A stretch of DNA of 40,819 nucleotides from Christensenellales bacterium (GCA_045126095.1 JBGVOA010000475.1:1-40819); one strand, 5' to 3'. Numbered from the stretch's first letter, positions 19,901-26,397 are shown. Translations and numbers: made by a program. Notes: generated from the sequence alone by a model not told the origin.

Positions 19901-20227
19901 TTTGGAGCTTGCTCTTCCTTTAAGACGCTCCCAGAAATTCCCAGCTCCACAACAAACATCAATTACGCATTCAATGGTTGTGTTAAGGCGGAAAGTGGGC
20001 CAAGCCAAATTCCGGCAAAGGTAACTGCTATGGAATACGCATTCCGAAATTGCATCTTAGTCACAGGGACTATTGAGGTCAACGCGGTTAAAATCAACAA
20101 TTATACCGGCTGTTTCTTTAATGCAGGTAGAGATAGTGATGGTATTGTTCTTACTGGCACTAACTCGATGTTGGCTGAACTGGCTGCAACTGACACAAAC
20201 GGTAAGGTTACGGTGGCTACAGCTTAA
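17000..20227 (+). CDS. tail fibre / receptor-binding protein with pectate-lyase-like beta-helix and C-terminal BspA-type leucine-rich repeats
   Basis: 1075 aa. Recognisable elements:
- The fibre motif 'SVNGKTGEVYLNAADVGALP'.
- 'TPEMFGATGDGVTDDASAITQAL', typical of Pectate_lyase_3 / tailspike depolymerase N-caps.
- A C-terminus with LRR_5-like repeats (SLGYAFSGCTSLETPP..., LLSAFGACSSFKTLPEIP..., NINYAFNGC..., MEYAFRNC...). Confidence 0.8.
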   Translation: MDEFEVIGGRQLYQWDTDRSIEVRLCDGETVNEVHYAHAEDDIAPVVKVQDYDGRMFADIPNILLQRFGTLKVWAVVYTEDGRQTLRNAYLSVRARAKPDDYVYTETEIMDYRKVAEDLAELVQRVEEIEENGVQGGGAVASVNGKTGEVYLNAADVGALPTTGGKLTGNLTVPRLISTAADADGNIYEVQLYPTANGGLYMPLRHNGAVANAISMSQSATTFGKPVAISSGGHGGKNAAEGRQNLSLYSKEEIDEKITNTQKEIERLTEEIAKQATPEMFGATGDGVTDDASAITQALASGQNVVFDGNKTYAVGSTITIPADAHVDFRGATVVPMGNHDVIRVMPGSFVENFIVRCGGVSGWDSAAIVLYGADHFRAINPTTIANVKLYCNEGSNAGLTTNGVGVKLYGDDYGHFIEGITTEEISTYGFGVGMLFEGVPNDAENPAGGFVFIGANKFRGYWSFYDNVAIKMPSIFPKTHITNNIFTDLQIEPRNRPNKDDQSSFGIFCNGFSNLFEGCLYDYFYGHTGVYFGKGSNSNVVKTTSGTFFDPGWIMDYGVCNIVTKYSAENLNLVPSIATTPRMIGDQDDCFAYMDKRATCTLESLDANPIYGSLANLFNPAPTKTVRYRTINPNENDRRAKITIECKKSIRRLAQLFLQFYTAPKSIRITYYNDKSATVVYDTDNNVNTIVGVCDYVKYGEDYQYNVAKIVIELGGCNAIEADGSETYGEWEIVRIMGTDSYNSGDAWLGRGGGEVYGNVLFNAGNGVVLTAPNGKLYQITVGDNGALSTTEIQPENIEPPEVATLTPTMLPGSTWYNADASGVGQNEITSVTFNAAYESTGTEDASWPCDKDVNGNIMAYRNGTDVVIKSTTGSEGVKLNQDSSYMFANDGTNANFAALTEINGTETLLADEKTDASNFCKNAANLTGMIYVPDGVTSLGYAFSGCTSLETPPVLPDSVVSLLSAFGACSSFKTLPEIPSSTTNINYAFNGCVKAESGPSQIPAKVTAMEYAFRNCILVTGTIEVNAVKINNYTGCFFNAGRDSDGIVLTGTNSMLAELAATDTNGKVTVATA

Positions 20228-20265
20228 TCAACTTTCTGAAGCGTATGCGGAAATGGAGGAATGAT

Positions 20266-20358
20266 ATGATCAACGCCTTACATCTACTTTGGATTATCCC
20301 GGTCAGCTGCGCGGCGGGATACCTGCTTGCGGCGCTTCTGACGGCAAACGACAGGTAA
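20266..20358 (+). CDS. possible 30-aa hydrophobic micro-protein
   Basis: Translates as MINALHLLWIIPVSCAAGYLLAALLTANDR. A GGAGGAA RBS ends 3 nt upstream (tight spacing). Too short for the ORF track. Followed by a hairpin and T run. Confidence 0.3.
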   Translation: MINALHLLWIIPVSCAAGYLLAALLTANDR

Positions 20359-20371
20359 CCAAATGGATCAG

Positions 20372-20398
20372 GGCGCTCCTTAACGGGGCGCTCTTTTT
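20372..20398 (+). terminator. candidate terminator after the structural operon
   Basis: GGCGCTCC (20372-20379), loop TTAAC, GGGGCGCT (20385-20392): 8 bp including two G-U pairs, then CTTTTT. Confidence 0.45.
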
Positions 20399-20427
20399 AT
20401 ACCCAAATCAAAAAGGAGATGGAACAC

Positions 20428-21456
20428 ATGGTAAAACTCTTTACGGATGATCAGATACTGGGCTGGCTTAAAACGAATCTGATCCTGAGGTACTGGTACG
20501 GCTGTCATGGCCACAAGTGCACCGAAGATCTGCTCCAGCGCAAGCGCAAGCAGTACCCGAGTCACTACACGGACGGACGCATGGCCACGTATCGTAAGCA
20601 CATTGCCGCCGGCGATTCCTGCGCGGACTGCGTGGGCGCCATCAAATACGCATACTGGAGCGACCTGGGCGCGCATGGCCAGAAGTACTGCTCCAACGGC
20701 ATGCCCGATGTGAGCGCCGACGGCCTGTTCCGATTCGCCATGGAGCAGGGCTGCGACTGGGGCGCAATTGACACTATCCCCGAGCGTCCCGGCATTGCGG
20801 TGCGTTTTGCTGGCCACGTGGGCTACTACATGGGCGGCGGCGTCGTGCGCGAATGGCGCGGCTACAAGTTCGGCCGCGTGGACACCAGGCTGAAGGACCG
20901 CAACTGGACACACTGGTATGAACTGCCCTTCGTAGATTACGGCGAGGCAGACCAGCCCGAGGCAGAAACGCCCGTATCCATCGGCACGCTGGGCAGCAGG
21001 CTGCTCAAGCAGGGCCGTAAGGGAGACGACGTCAGGCTCTTGCAGGAGCTGCTGGTGGAGCTGGGTTATGCTCTGCCCAAGTACGGCGCAGACGGCGATT
21101 ACGGCAGCGAGACCATCGCCGCGGTGAAGGCATTCCAGAAGGACAACGGCCTGACCGCCGACGGCAAGTACGGAGAGAAGAGCCACGCGGCGCTCATGGG
21201 CATCCTTGCCGAGCGCGAGGCCCAGGACGGTGACGACGATAACGAGACCATTGAGCCGATATTTGTCGAGATTACTGGCAATACGGTCAATATCCGCGAG
21301 GGCGCCGGCACGCAGCATGATGTGATCACCGTTGTACGCAAGGGCACAATGTGCGTCTGGCGCGCGACGGCGGAAAACGGCTGGCATGCGGTGATCCTGC
21401 CCGGCGGCCGTGAGGGATGGGTCGGCCCGAAATACAGTAAGGTGGTGGCAGCGTAA
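20428..21456 (+). CDS. endolysin: NlpC/P60 endopeptidase + PG_binding_1 + SH3 domain
   Basis: ATG 20428 lies 9 nt after AAAGGAG; the track start 20419 has no spacing. Domain evidence:
- Catalytic-type 'DCVGAIKYAYW' and 'GHVGYYMGGG'.
- 'GDDVRLLQELLVELGY...DGDYGSETIAAVKAFQKDNGLTADG' matches a peptidoglycan-binding repeat.
- A C-terminal SH3-like segment (VNIREGAGTQHDVITVVRKGT...GWHAV). Confidence 0.85.
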   Translation: MVKLFTDDQILGWLKTNLILRYWYGCHGHKCTEDLLQRKRKQYPSHYTDGRMATYRKHIAAGDSCADCVGAIKYAYWSDLGAHGQKYCSNGMPDVSADGLFRFAMEQGCDWGAIDTIPERPGIAVRFAGHVGYYMGGGVVREWRGYKFGRVDTRLKDRNWTHWYELPFVDYGEADQPEAETPVSIGTLGSRLLKQGRKGDDVRLLQELLVELGYALPKYGADGDYGSETIAAVKAFQKDNGLTADGKYGEKSHAALMGILAEREAQDGDDDNETIEPIFVEITGNTVNIREGAGTQHDVITVVRKGTMCVWRATAENGWHAVILPGGREGWVGPKYSKVVAA

Positions 21457-21785
21457 TGGACGGACAGTTCTGCATCATACACGACGAAGATATCAAGGAT
21501 CTGCGTGCGGAGATGGCGGCGAATAACAAGGAACATGAATCGTTTCGCCGTCGCCTCCACGAGCACGACGAGCAGATCAATGCGATACATACGCTGGCTA
21601 CATCGGTTGAAAAGCTGGCCGAGGCCATGAACGAGACCAAGAAGACGGTCGAAAAGATCGACCGCCGCGTGGAGGCTATCGAAAACGAGCCCGCCGACAA
21701 GTGGAAGAAGATCTCCTTTGAGGTCGTCAAGACCATTGTGGTGCTGCTCGTCGGCGCTGCGCTGACATATTTCGGAGTAAAGTGA
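21456..21785 (+). CDS. xhlA: XhlA-like lysis accessory protein (coiled coil plus C-terminal TM)
   Basis: 109 aa. The start overlaps the endolysin stop (TAATG). It has an N-terminal coiled coil and a single C-terminal TM helix (ISFEVVKTIVVLLVGAALTYFGV), as in PBSX XhlA-family proteins. Confidence 0.55.
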   Translation: MDGQFCIIHDEDIKDLRAEMAANNKEHESFRRRLHEHDEQINAIHTLATSVEKLAEAMNETKKTVEKIDRRVEAIENEPADKWKKISFEVVKTIVVLLVGAALTYFGVK

Positions 21786-21796
21786 GGAGAAAAAAC

Positions 21797-22063
21797 ATGA
21801 ATGAACAGAATTTTACCAGACTGTGTAAAACAGTAGTGATGAACTATGCAAACGAGCACATGGACAAAACAGACGGTGTTATCATCACTACTGATGATGT
21901 GTATGTCGTCTGGATGTGCAAAACCCTTCAGAACAGCAAGGCTCTGCTGAGCACGACGCTGAGTGATGGGATGTACTATGAACTCACCTACAATGGCGAC
22001 AAAAAGGAGCTTTATCTGGATGCCTATAAAAAGTTCCAGAATGTCTGCATTAACTGCGAATAA
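21797..22063 (+). CDS. hypothetical protein within the lysis cassette
   Basis: 88 aa. ATG 21797 lies 7 nt after GAGGAG. No motif recognised. Confidence 0.6.
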   Translation: MNEQNFTRLCKTVVMNYANEHMDKTDGVIITTDDVYVVWMCKTLQNSKALLSTTLSDGMYYELTYNGDKKELYLDAYKKFQNVCINCE

Positions 22064-22074
22064 GGAGGAATAAC

Positions 22075-22305
22075 ATGAAACAGATTGCAAAAAAGCTCAC
22101 TGAGTTGATCGACGTCAAGACCATTGTGACGCTGATCGTGATGGTAGTGTTTGCTGTGCTGGCCTTGAGCGGCAAGATCACGGCGGACAATGTGATGTTC
22201 GTCACGACTACTGTGGTAGCGTTCTATTTCGGCACTCAGCACCAGAAAAAGGTTGCTGATAAGGCCAAGGCCGCAGCAGCAGCCGACCAGACCGGAGAGG
22301 AGTGA
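22075..22305 (+). CDS. holin (two TM helices, charged C-terminus)
   Basis: 76 aa with an AAGGAGGAA RBS. TM segments are TIVTLIVMVVFAVLALSG and VMFVTTTVVAFYFG. The tail is basic/acidic (KKVADKAKAAAAADQTGEE). Confidence 0.75.
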   Translation: MKQIAKKLTELIDVKTIVTLIVMVVFAVLALSGKITADNVMFVTTTVVAFYFGTQHQKKVADKAKAAAAADQTGEE

Positions 22306-22310
22306 TATTG

Positions 22311-22562
22311 ATGGGAGCTCGTCGTAAATATCCGCAGTATGACAACTGGACGTCGGAGGAGTTCGCCGGGCTCCTCAGTATCGCAAAACTCAGTCCCGAG
22401 GACAAAGAGATCGCCACACAGTGCATTGTGTGGCGGATGGATCTGATAGACGTGGGCGAGGCCCACAACATGGACCGCAGCACCGTATCCCGCCGACTCG
22501 ACAGACATATCCTGCCGGAGCTGGAGCGGATGATGGTGCGCACAAAAATAGCCGGAGCGTAA
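22311..22562 (+). CDS. small sigma-70 region-4-like HTH protein
   Basis: 83 aa from ATG 22311, 8 nt after GGAGAGGAG. 'LSPEDKEIATQCIVWRMDLIDVGEAHNMDRSTVSRRLDR' looks like a sigma region 4 / LuxR-type HTH. It is the last gene of the rightward late transcript. Confidence 0.55.
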   Translation: MGARRKYPQYDNWTSEEFAGLLSIAKLSPEDKEIATQCIVWRMDLIDVGEAHNMDRSTVSRRLDRHILPELERMMVRTKIAGA

Positions 22563-22580
22563 GCTCCGGCCTCTTTTTTT
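22551..22580. terminator. bidirectional rho-independent terminator
   Basis: GCCGGAGC (22551-22558), loop GTAA, GCTCCGGC (22563-22570), then a T7 run. Lies between convergent genes. Confidence 0.85.
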
Positions 22581-22797
22581 ATACATTTATCAGGTCATCG
22601 AGGGAGCAGTTGAGCGCTGCGGCCAATTTCAGCAGCGATTTAGTGTCCGGGGTGCATTTACCGAGCTCCCAGCGGGAGACGTGCTGATGTAGTACGCCCG
22701 CGAGGTCGGCCAGCTGACGCTGGGTCATTCCGCGCTTCCGCCTGAGGACGGCGATGGGGCTTTCATTGGTCTTGCGGGGCTGTGTGTGGTCAGTCAT
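22579..22797 (-). CDS. XRE-family HTH protein (last gene of a 3-gene minus-strand operon)
   Basis: 'RKRGMTQRQLADLAGVLHQHVSRWELGKCTPDTKSLLKLAAALNCSLDDL' is a classic HTH_3. ATG 22797 (6 nt after GGAGG) is preferred over 22803. It overlaps the upstream gene. Confidence 0.85.
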   Translation of the reverse strand: MTDHTQPRKTNESPIAVLRRKRGMTQRQLADLAGVLHQHVSRWELGKCTPDTKSLLKLAAALNCSLDDLINV

Positions 22798-23128
22798 TGT
22801 CATCCTCCTCGCCTTGGGTTAATCTGGAATGGATTTCATCGATGATGTCTCTGCGGGTGTCCTCACACCGTCTATCCAACCAACGCTCGATCAGATCGAC
22901 TACATTGATGCATTTGCCCTCCATATTGTAGTCTCTCGGGAGGTATGCTTCACCGACGCCGTACACGTTAATTTCAACGACTCCGTTATCGTCAACGCGG
23001 ACAATAACATTGGCGAGAGTTTTCACGAAATCGTGAAATATGCCACTCGATCCGGCGGGGCGATACCAGTGCCTAAACCATGTGAGGCTAGGCAGCGCAG
23101 AATTTATTGCGTGTTTGGTGATTTTCAT
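22790..23128 (-). CDS. hypothetical acidic protein
   Basis: 112 aa with an AGGAGG RBS 8 nt upstream. Acidic C-terminus (LTQGEEDDND). No motif recognised. Confidence 0.7.
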   Translation of the reverse strand: MKITKHAINSALPSLTWFRHWYRPAGSSGIFHDFVKTLANVIVRVDDNGVVEINVYGVGEAYLPRDYNMEGKCINVVDLIERWLDRRCEDTRRDIIDEIHSRLTQGEEDDND

Positions 23129-23150
23129 TGTATTTTCCTCCTGCTATTTA

Positions 23151-23543
23151 TTATGCGCCAATGAGACCTCTCTCCACGTACTCATGAAATTCCGGATCGG
23201 CTGCGAGTTCCTCGCGAGAAACATAGCCGCGCTCAAGGGCATCACGATAGAAGGCGCACTTGCCAAACCGCTGTTCGCGATATTCGATAATGAATGCGGC
23301 GTCGTCTGCACGTTCATAAATGAGACACGGAACAGAAATTGCGCGGACACGCTGCTCGTCGCGAGAAATTCTCTCCTGCAGTTTTTCTGCCTTTGCATTG
23401 TCGCCGGAGGCAACGAGATTTTCAACGCGGCTGCGACCGGAGTCAATATTGCGCTGGATCATTGCGATATCATTATTGTATTTCTCGATCCAATTGCGCT
23501 GGATGTCCTTTGCCCATGATATCTGCTTTTCAGTACCCTTCAT
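23151..23543 (-). CDS. hypothetical protein (first gene of the minus-strand operon)
   Basis: 130 aa with a GGAGGAG RBS 6 nt upstream. N-terminal 'TEKQISWAKDIQ' motif, then a helical region. No function recognised. Confidence 0.7.
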   Translation of the reverse strand: MKGTEKQISWAKDIQRNWIEKYNNDIAMIQRNIDSGRSRVENLVASGDNAKAEKLQERISRDEQRVRAISVPCLIYERADDAAFIIEYREQRFGKCAFYRDALERGYVSREELAADPEFHEYVERGLIGA

Positions 23544-23589
23544 TTTTGTCTCCTCCGCTCATTTTCGTTTACTCCCTTGATCTGATACT

Positions 23590-23618
23590 ATTATACATCA
23601 CAAATGGTGAATAATCAA
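23590..23618 (-). promoter_or_regulatory. consensus-like promoter of the 23543-22579 operon
   Basis: On the minus strand: TTGATT (23618-23613), a 17-nt spacer, TATAAT (23595-23590). Confidence 0.65.
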
Positions 23619-23674
23619 TAAGGAAAATGCATTTTTGAAATAAAAATATAGGACGCACATAAATGAGCGTACAT

Positions 23675-23727
23675 TGCACGCATGTGCAGCCCACTTGCAC
23701 CCGTGAAAATCTGGAAAATGCGATAAT
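23675..23727 (+). promoter_or_regulatory. inverted repeat plus extended -10 element upstream of the five-gene cassette
   Basis: TGCAC-GCAT-GTGCA inverted repeat at 23675-23688. Another TTGCAC at 23695-23700. TGcGATAAT at 23719-23727, about 18 nt before the RBS GGAGG (23745-23749). Confidence 0.45.
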
Positions 23728-23757
23728 CAACCCATAGAAACGACGGAGGTGATGCGC

Positions 23758-24210
23758 GTGGCATATGGATATAACCCCAGTTACAACCCTAGCGTCAACT
23801 ACTTTGGCAATCCGTATACGCCGATGATGAATACGGCGGGGCCTATGCAGTCGCCGCCGCAGATGCAGCAGCCCATACAGATGGGGCAGAGCGCGCAGCA
23901 GATGGGCGATCAGCAGCCGGGAACGCTCTTCGCCAGATACGTAGCCAGCCGCGAAGAGGCGGTCGCGGCCATGGTGGCGACCGACGGCAGGCTGAACCTG
24001 TTTGTGGATGAACAGCACGGCATGATCTACGGCAAAGCGGTGGCTCCCAACGGCGCGTCTGCGTTCCGGGAGTTTGCTTACCGGCAGCCCGTGCAGCAGC
24101 AGGAACCGCAGCAGGCACAGCGCTGGGCACCCATGGAAGTGGTCGACCAGCTGCGCGCAGAACTCCAGCAGATAAAGGACATGATGAGCGGAAGGAGTGA
24201 GCAGGAATGA
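23758..24210 (+). CDS. Q/P/N/M-rich low-complexity protein (cassette gene 1)
   Basis: 150 aa from GTG 23758, 8 nt after GGAGG. The alternative start ATG 23752 is too close to the RBS. N-terminal 'YGYNPSYNPSVNYFGNPYTPMMNTAGPMQSPPQMQQPIQMGQSAQQMGDQQ'. Q-rich C-terminal coil. Confidence 0.7.
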   Translation: MAYGYNPSYNPSVNYFGNPYTPMMNTAGPMQSPPQMQQPIQMGQSAQQMGDQQPGTLFARYVASREEAVAAMVATDGRLNLFVDEQHGMIYGKAVAPNGASAFREFAYRQPVQQQEPQQAQRWAPMEVVDQLRAELQQIKDMMSGRSEQE

Positions 24211-24431
24211 TGAATCCTATTCAGTTGATACAGATGCTTCAGCAAAGCGGCAACCCCATGCAGATGCTCACCGGCATAGCCCAGACCAATCCGCAGCTTG
24301 GACAGGTGCTTCAGATGGTCAATGGCAAGACACCCGCGGAAATGGAGAGGATGGCCTATGACATAGCAAAACAGCGTGGTGTAGACCTTAATCTGTTCGC
24401 GAAACAACTTGGCATAAGGCTCCCTAAATGA
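24207..24431 (+). CDS. small Q-rich protein (cassette gene 2)
   Basis: 74 aa. ATGA overlap with gene 1. Contains 'NPIQLIQMLQQSGNPMQMLTGIAQTNPQLGQVLQMV'. Confidence 0.65.
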   Translation: MMNPIQLIQMLQQSGNPMQMLTGIAQTNPQLGQVLQMVNGKTPAEMERMAYDIAKQRGVDLNLFAKQLGIRLPK

Positions 24432-24482
24432 TCGTAACGGCGAATGCCGTTCGAAATACAGACACACGGAGGTGGAACACAA

Positions 24483-25241
24483 ATGAGTGACGACTTTGCA
24501 ATGGGCTACGCACTCGGACAGGACAACAACAGCAACTGTAACGACGGCTTCGGTGGCGGCGGCATCGCTGGCATAATCTGGATCATCGTGATCGCCGCGC
24601 TGTTCGGCGGCGGCTTTGGCTGGGGCGGAGGTTTCGGCGGCTTTGGCGGCGGAGCTGGCCTTCAGGGCATGGCGACCCGCGCCGACATCAACGCCGGCTT
24701 CCAGTTCCAGGACCTGCAGAACGGCGTCCGCGGAATCCAGCAGGGCCTGTGTGATGGCTTTTACGCAGTCAATACAGGCACGCTTAATGGTTTCCACGCG
24801 GTAGATCAGGCGATCAGCAACCTTGGCTATCAGCAGAAGGACTGCTGCTGCGAGACCCAGCGTCTGATCGAGCGCGGCTTCTGCGACACCAACTACAACC
24901 TGGCCACCAACGCCAGCAACATCGTGCAGGCCGGTCATGCGGACACCGACCGTGTGATCGCGAAGCTGGACGCAATGGAGGCAGCGCGCCAGACAAGGGA
25001 GAACGAGGCGCTTCGTCTTGAGAATCAGACCCTGCGCTTCCAGGCCTTTCAGGCCCAGCAGAACAACTTCTTCTCGGCTAATCAGGATGCCCAGACTGCG
25101 GAGTTGATCCGCAGGCTGCGCACTCCCGAGGCAGTACCGGCCTACGTAGTGCCCAATCCCAACTGCTGCTACGGCAACCCCGTGGGCATCGGATACGCGG
25201 GCGGCTATAACAACGGCTGCGGCTGCGGTTCCTGCTGCTGA
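24483..25241 (+). CDS. Gly-rich single-TM protein with Cys-rich tail (cassette gene 3)
   Basis: 252 aa from ATG 24483, 7 nt after GGAGGTGG. Contains 'GFGGGGIAGIIWIIVIAALFGGGFGWGGGFGGFGGGAG', a 'DCCCE' motif and a coiled coil. The C-terminus is 'NPNCCYGNPVGIGYAGGYNNGCGCGSCC'. Confidence 0.7.
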   Translation: MSDDFAMGYALGQDNNSNCNDGFGGGGIAGIIWIIVIAALFGGGFGWGGGFGGFGGGAGLQGMATRADINAGFQFQDLQNGVRGIQQGLCDGFYAVNTGTLNGFHAVDQAISNLGYQQKDCCCETQRLIERGFCDTNYNLATNASNIVQAGHADTDRVIAKLDAMEAARQTRENEALRLENQTLRFQAFQAQQNNFFSANQDAQTAELIRRLRTPEAVPAYVVPNPNCCYGNPVGIGYAGGYNNGCGCGSCC

Positions 25242-25261
25242 GTGACGACGGTTGACTATTC

Positions 25262-25289
25262 GGGCGGCGGGGTATAACCCCGCCGGCCC
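25262..25289 (+). promoter_or_regulatory. GC-rich intercistronic stem-loop
   Basis: GGGCGGCGGGG / CCCCGCCGGCCC: 11 bp with one bulge and loop TATAA. No T run. Lies between cassette genes 3 and 4. Confidence 0.5.
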
Positions 25290-25306
25290 TGAGAAGGAGG
25301 GATAAT

Positions 25307-25705
25307 ATGAGCGGTAATTGCAAACTTTGCAGACGCCTGATCATATCTCAGGCCGTGACTTTTGCCGGTGGAAACCTTCTGATCAACCTGCCGGCAGGAT
25401 CCTATAACAATTGCGAAAAATACTGCATCGTGGTCGCACAGGCGATCCCGGCAGATACGACCATCACCGCCCCGGTTTTTATAACCATCGGCGACGGCAC
25501 CGTCCAGTACCCGCTCAACAACTGCAAATGCGCCCAGCTGACGGCCTGCGCGATCCGCACTCGCACGAAGTACACCACGATCGTCGGCACCACGCCCACC
25601 GGCGGTGCGTTCAAGCTGGTCGGCGGCGCCAGCTGCGCCCCTAATTACAACCTGACGGCCATTGATGGCACCGCTCCCGCGGCGCCTGCGGAAGGAGGTG
25701 CATAA
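25307..25705 (+). CDS. Cys-rich 132-aa protein (cassette gene 4)
   Basis: AAGGAGGG RBS. Nine Cys, including CKLC, NNCEKYC and NNCKCAQLTAC. No motif recognised. Confidence 0.7.
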   Translation: MSGNCKLCRRLIISQAVTFAGGNLLINLPAGSYNNCEKYCIVVAQAIPADTTITAPVFITIGDGTVQYPLNNCKCAQLTACAIRTRTKYTTIVGTTPTGGAFKLVGGASCAPNYNLTAIDGTAPAAPAEGGA

Positions 25706-25706
25706 G

Positions 25707-26360
25707 ATGAAAATGAGCCCGGTAACGCGCATGATGGTGATGAGCGATCGGTATAAAAAATCCAGCAATGGCGAACGCCAGCAAGACGGCAGACATCAGA
25801 TGGAGCAGCCGCGCTACAATGAGGACTACGTGGGGCGCAAGGCCCGGGAGCGTCAGGGTATGCGCCACGGCGGCGAAGATCCTATGGAGATGTCCGGACG
25901 CGACCCGTATTCCAGCCGCGGCATGATGGGTTATGGCCATGAACGCCGTCATTACGACGATGACGACGAGGAGTATGGAGGTAAACCGCAGCGTATGTAC
26001 GCCGCCGGTATGGCATGGACCGAGGGCCATGAAAAGAACCACAAAAAGGAGCACAAAGAGGTAGATGAGGAATGCGCCATGAAATGGGTCAGGGAAATGA
26101 AGGCGGCGGACAACAGCCAGATGCCACATTTCCGCCCGGATCTCGCCGAGCAGATGCGTAAAGCCCATTGTCCCGACTGTAAGCCCTGGGAGTGGTTCAC
26201 GGCGATCAACATGATGTACGCGGACTACATCGAGGTCGCAAAAAAGCTGGGAGTCAACCGCGACGAGTGCTACGCGCTCATGGCCAAAGCCTTCCTGATG
26301 GACGAGGATGCAGGTCCGAATAAACTCAGCAAATACATGGAGGAGATCCCAAAGAAGTAA
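25707..26360 (+). CDS. His/Asp/Glu/Arg/Met-rich protein with structured C-terminal half (cassette gene 5)
   Basis: 217 aa from ATG 25707 after GAAGGAGGTG. Contains 'GHERRHYDDDDEEYGG' and 'HEKNHKKEHKEVDEEC'. The C-half includes 'HCPDCKPWEWFTAINMMYADYIEVAKKLGV'. Confidence 0.7.
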   Translation: MKMSPVTRMMVMSDRYKKSSNGERQQDGRHQMEQPRYNEDYVGRKARERQGMRHGGEDPMEMSGRDPYSSRGMMGYGHERRHYDDDDEEYGGKPQRMYAAGMAWTEGHEKNHKKEHKEVDEECAMKWVREMKAADNSQMPHFRPDLAEQMRKAHCPDCKPWEWFTAINMMYADYIEVAKKLGVNRDECYALMAKAFLMDEDAGPNKLSKYMEEIPKK

Positions 26361-26364
26361 AAGT

Positions 26365-26397
26365 GGCTGGGGCTCAATGCCCCAGCCTGTATTTTTT
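26365..26397. terminator. strong terminator closing the cassette
   Basis: GGCTGGGGC (26365-26373), loop TCAAT, GCCCCAGCC (26379-26387), then TGTATTTTTT. Overlaps the 3' end of the convergent AP2-like ORF. Confidence 0.85.

Noticed and set aside
25150-25241. The Gly/Cys-rich C-terminal tail of cassette gene 3, read as a RiPP or microcin-like precursor.
   Set aside because: It is the end of a 252-aa membrane protein, not a short leader-core peptide. No cyclodehydratase, dehydrogenase, lanthionine synthetase or export gene is nearby.
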